Shown: positions 62,405 through 64,000 of the stretch, in pieces | How the letters are laid out: every line of letters begins with the position of its first letter | Position numbering within the stretch: position 1 is the first letter of the stretch | Source of the DNA: Methanobacteriota archaeon | Lineage (GTDB): Archaea; Halobacteriota; Bog-38; Methanoflorentales; Methanoflorentaceae | Assembly (NCBI GenBank): GCA_963719035.1 | Contig: CAVRAO010000006.1 | Coordinates: forward strand, 155,851-219,850 | Direction: 5' to 3' | DNA: 64,000 nucleotides | Notes under the pieces: generated by a model | What the model was told of the DNA's origin: nothing | Database searches by the model: none | Seen by the model: only the letters and a program-made list of their open reading frames with translations | Program-made: the position numbers and the translations under genes

Positions 62405-63025
62405 TTTCGTTTAACTCTCTAAAAAGGAATAGTTAAGCTACCTCTCGCCTCTTGCATCAGCATTGAAAAGGAGGTGAGCTAATTATGGGTTATTCACGCT
62501 TAATTTTTTTTTCGATTACGGCTGCAAAGAATAGGTCTGCGCACAAAGAAGAGAAATTATTGCGCCGCCTCTCGCTGTGTGTCATTGAGCCGCGAAGCTC
62601 CTGCATACTACACCAAAACTACACCAAAATTACACCGCTGAGCGTTCAATATATTTATAGAATTATTTTTATTTTAATTATAAAATTTATAATTTTGAGC
62701 CGTTCGCGATAGGTTGAATGAGTGGACTAGTCATATATCTTTCAGGTGCAGCCCGATACCCATTCGAAAAAAGGCGCGTATAAGTCGACCGCCGGCAGTC
62801 TTCCCGCGGCTGCGTGTATGCGAAACTAATCCGACGCCTCACAGTTTTTATAAAAAAAATAAGCCCGTAACGTCGTTTTTAATAGGTTTGCTTTATATAT
62901 ACTTCGAGAGCGCCGCCTCAATTATGTAATAAATGTATCCGAAATAGGAAAAAGGTACGACCTTACGTCGTGGGATGGACTCCCTAGAAGGCTCACGGGC
63001 AACCGGTGCGAGCAAGGAGGCCACG

Positions 63026-63400
63026 ATGAACAAACTCGAAAAAAAGGAGCGTTTTATACGGTTAAGAGCACAGGGGGGCCGTATAGCTAAAAATAGCAAG
63101 AGTTGGTATCAATAAGAAAACGTCATCGGTGGGAACGCAAACTGCGTGAAGACATAAAAAAAGAAGAGGTAGCGGAGATCGAGCATATAAGATCGGTCTA
63201 CTGGGCGGAAAGCGGGGACGAATCGATCTTCTCAGGAACGGCGGAAACGCTTACACGAGGAGGAACAAAGGCGTGACCTTTCAGAAATCTCGATAGCGAA
63301 GTTGATGGCGCTTGAGTTTCAAACAAGTGAGGAGATGAAAAGGGAGATACAAGGCTTGCCCCTTCAGTTCCCGCGCGGAGCGTTCAGCAATTCCCTGCGA
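63026..63400 (+). pseudogene. HTH-domain protein pseudogene with several frameshifts
   Basis: AAGGAGG RBS; MNKLEKKERFIRLRAQG...KIA...GINKKT...RWERKL...RIDLL...RRDLSEI...KL spread over several frames. Confidence 0.55.
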
Positions 63401-64000
63401 CAGCGTGTGAGACCACAGACGATACGATGATTTCACCCGAAACGCTAGTATAATGGGCAGCCTGCTATAGGGCCGCTAGAGACGATAGCGCAGGGGGATA
63501 TCCGCGATCTGGTAGGCGCGATTATCGCCGAACAAGCCGGATTCAAGGAAGCGCTGTATGAGATCGCGAACAACGCAGCGAGCGAGAGCCACAAGTGGCC
63601 GCTATCAAGGCCATTGATGCCATTAGTTGGAGGATGCTCACGTTAATCCAATCGACGGGCGTCACACCAACGCTCTCAGACGAGCGTCAAATAGCTGATG
63701 CTGTGGCAGAATGGGCTGCGCGAGATTCGCGCGAATTGTGAACCAGTGTCTACGAGAGGACATCGGGGCGCAGCAGTTGCCCACTCAGGCTATGAACGCA
63801 TGACAATCTGGTGACCTCGAAACTGCAGAGAAGCTGTTTTCCGAGTTAGACGAACGAAAGCGTCAATACGAATAGAGAGTATGCGCGATGCTGGTTTACA
63901 GGTTAAATCTCCGCCTACTGAAACAGGCAGTAACGATCACAAAGCTAAGGGTAAGGCAGGAAAAAGGAGTGATCTCTACTTCAGTTCTTCTTAAGCGCGT

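Overview
Archaeal genomic DNA, most likely a Halobacteriota/Methanomicrobia-type euryarchaeon (inferred from cofE, radB, hel308, cgi121, cdc48, TBP, PGF-CTERM proteins and a C/D-box sRNA). Positions 1-40.5 kb are mostly core genome: RPA (partial), leuCDB, tRNA-Arg(GCG), cofE, a C/D-box guide sRNA, hsp20, an array of fasciclin/PGF-CTERM surface-protein genes, glmM, moaE, rtcA, CBS/PRC/cdc48/larC, radB, dapL-lysA-dapF, hel308-cgi121, a glycosylation locus and ilvD. Positions ~41-64 kb are an accessory mosaic of lipoproteins, micro-proteins, gene fragments, two tyrosine-recombinase C-terminal fragments, a TBP gene, an aquaporin and a coupled plsY-like + PEP-utilizing dikinase pair. A 112-bp direct repeat brackets most of this mosaic. 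The best candidates for an undescribed system are (1) the surface-protein array with six DNA-conserved copies of the PGF-CTERM anchor sequence, two of them non-coding orphans placed just before promoters, and (2) the PlsY-like/dikinase module. The ~790-bp pyrimidine-rich tract at 53.2-54.0 kb is probably an assembly artefact, and several single-base frameshifts may be too. All calls were made by eye from motifs; no searches were run.
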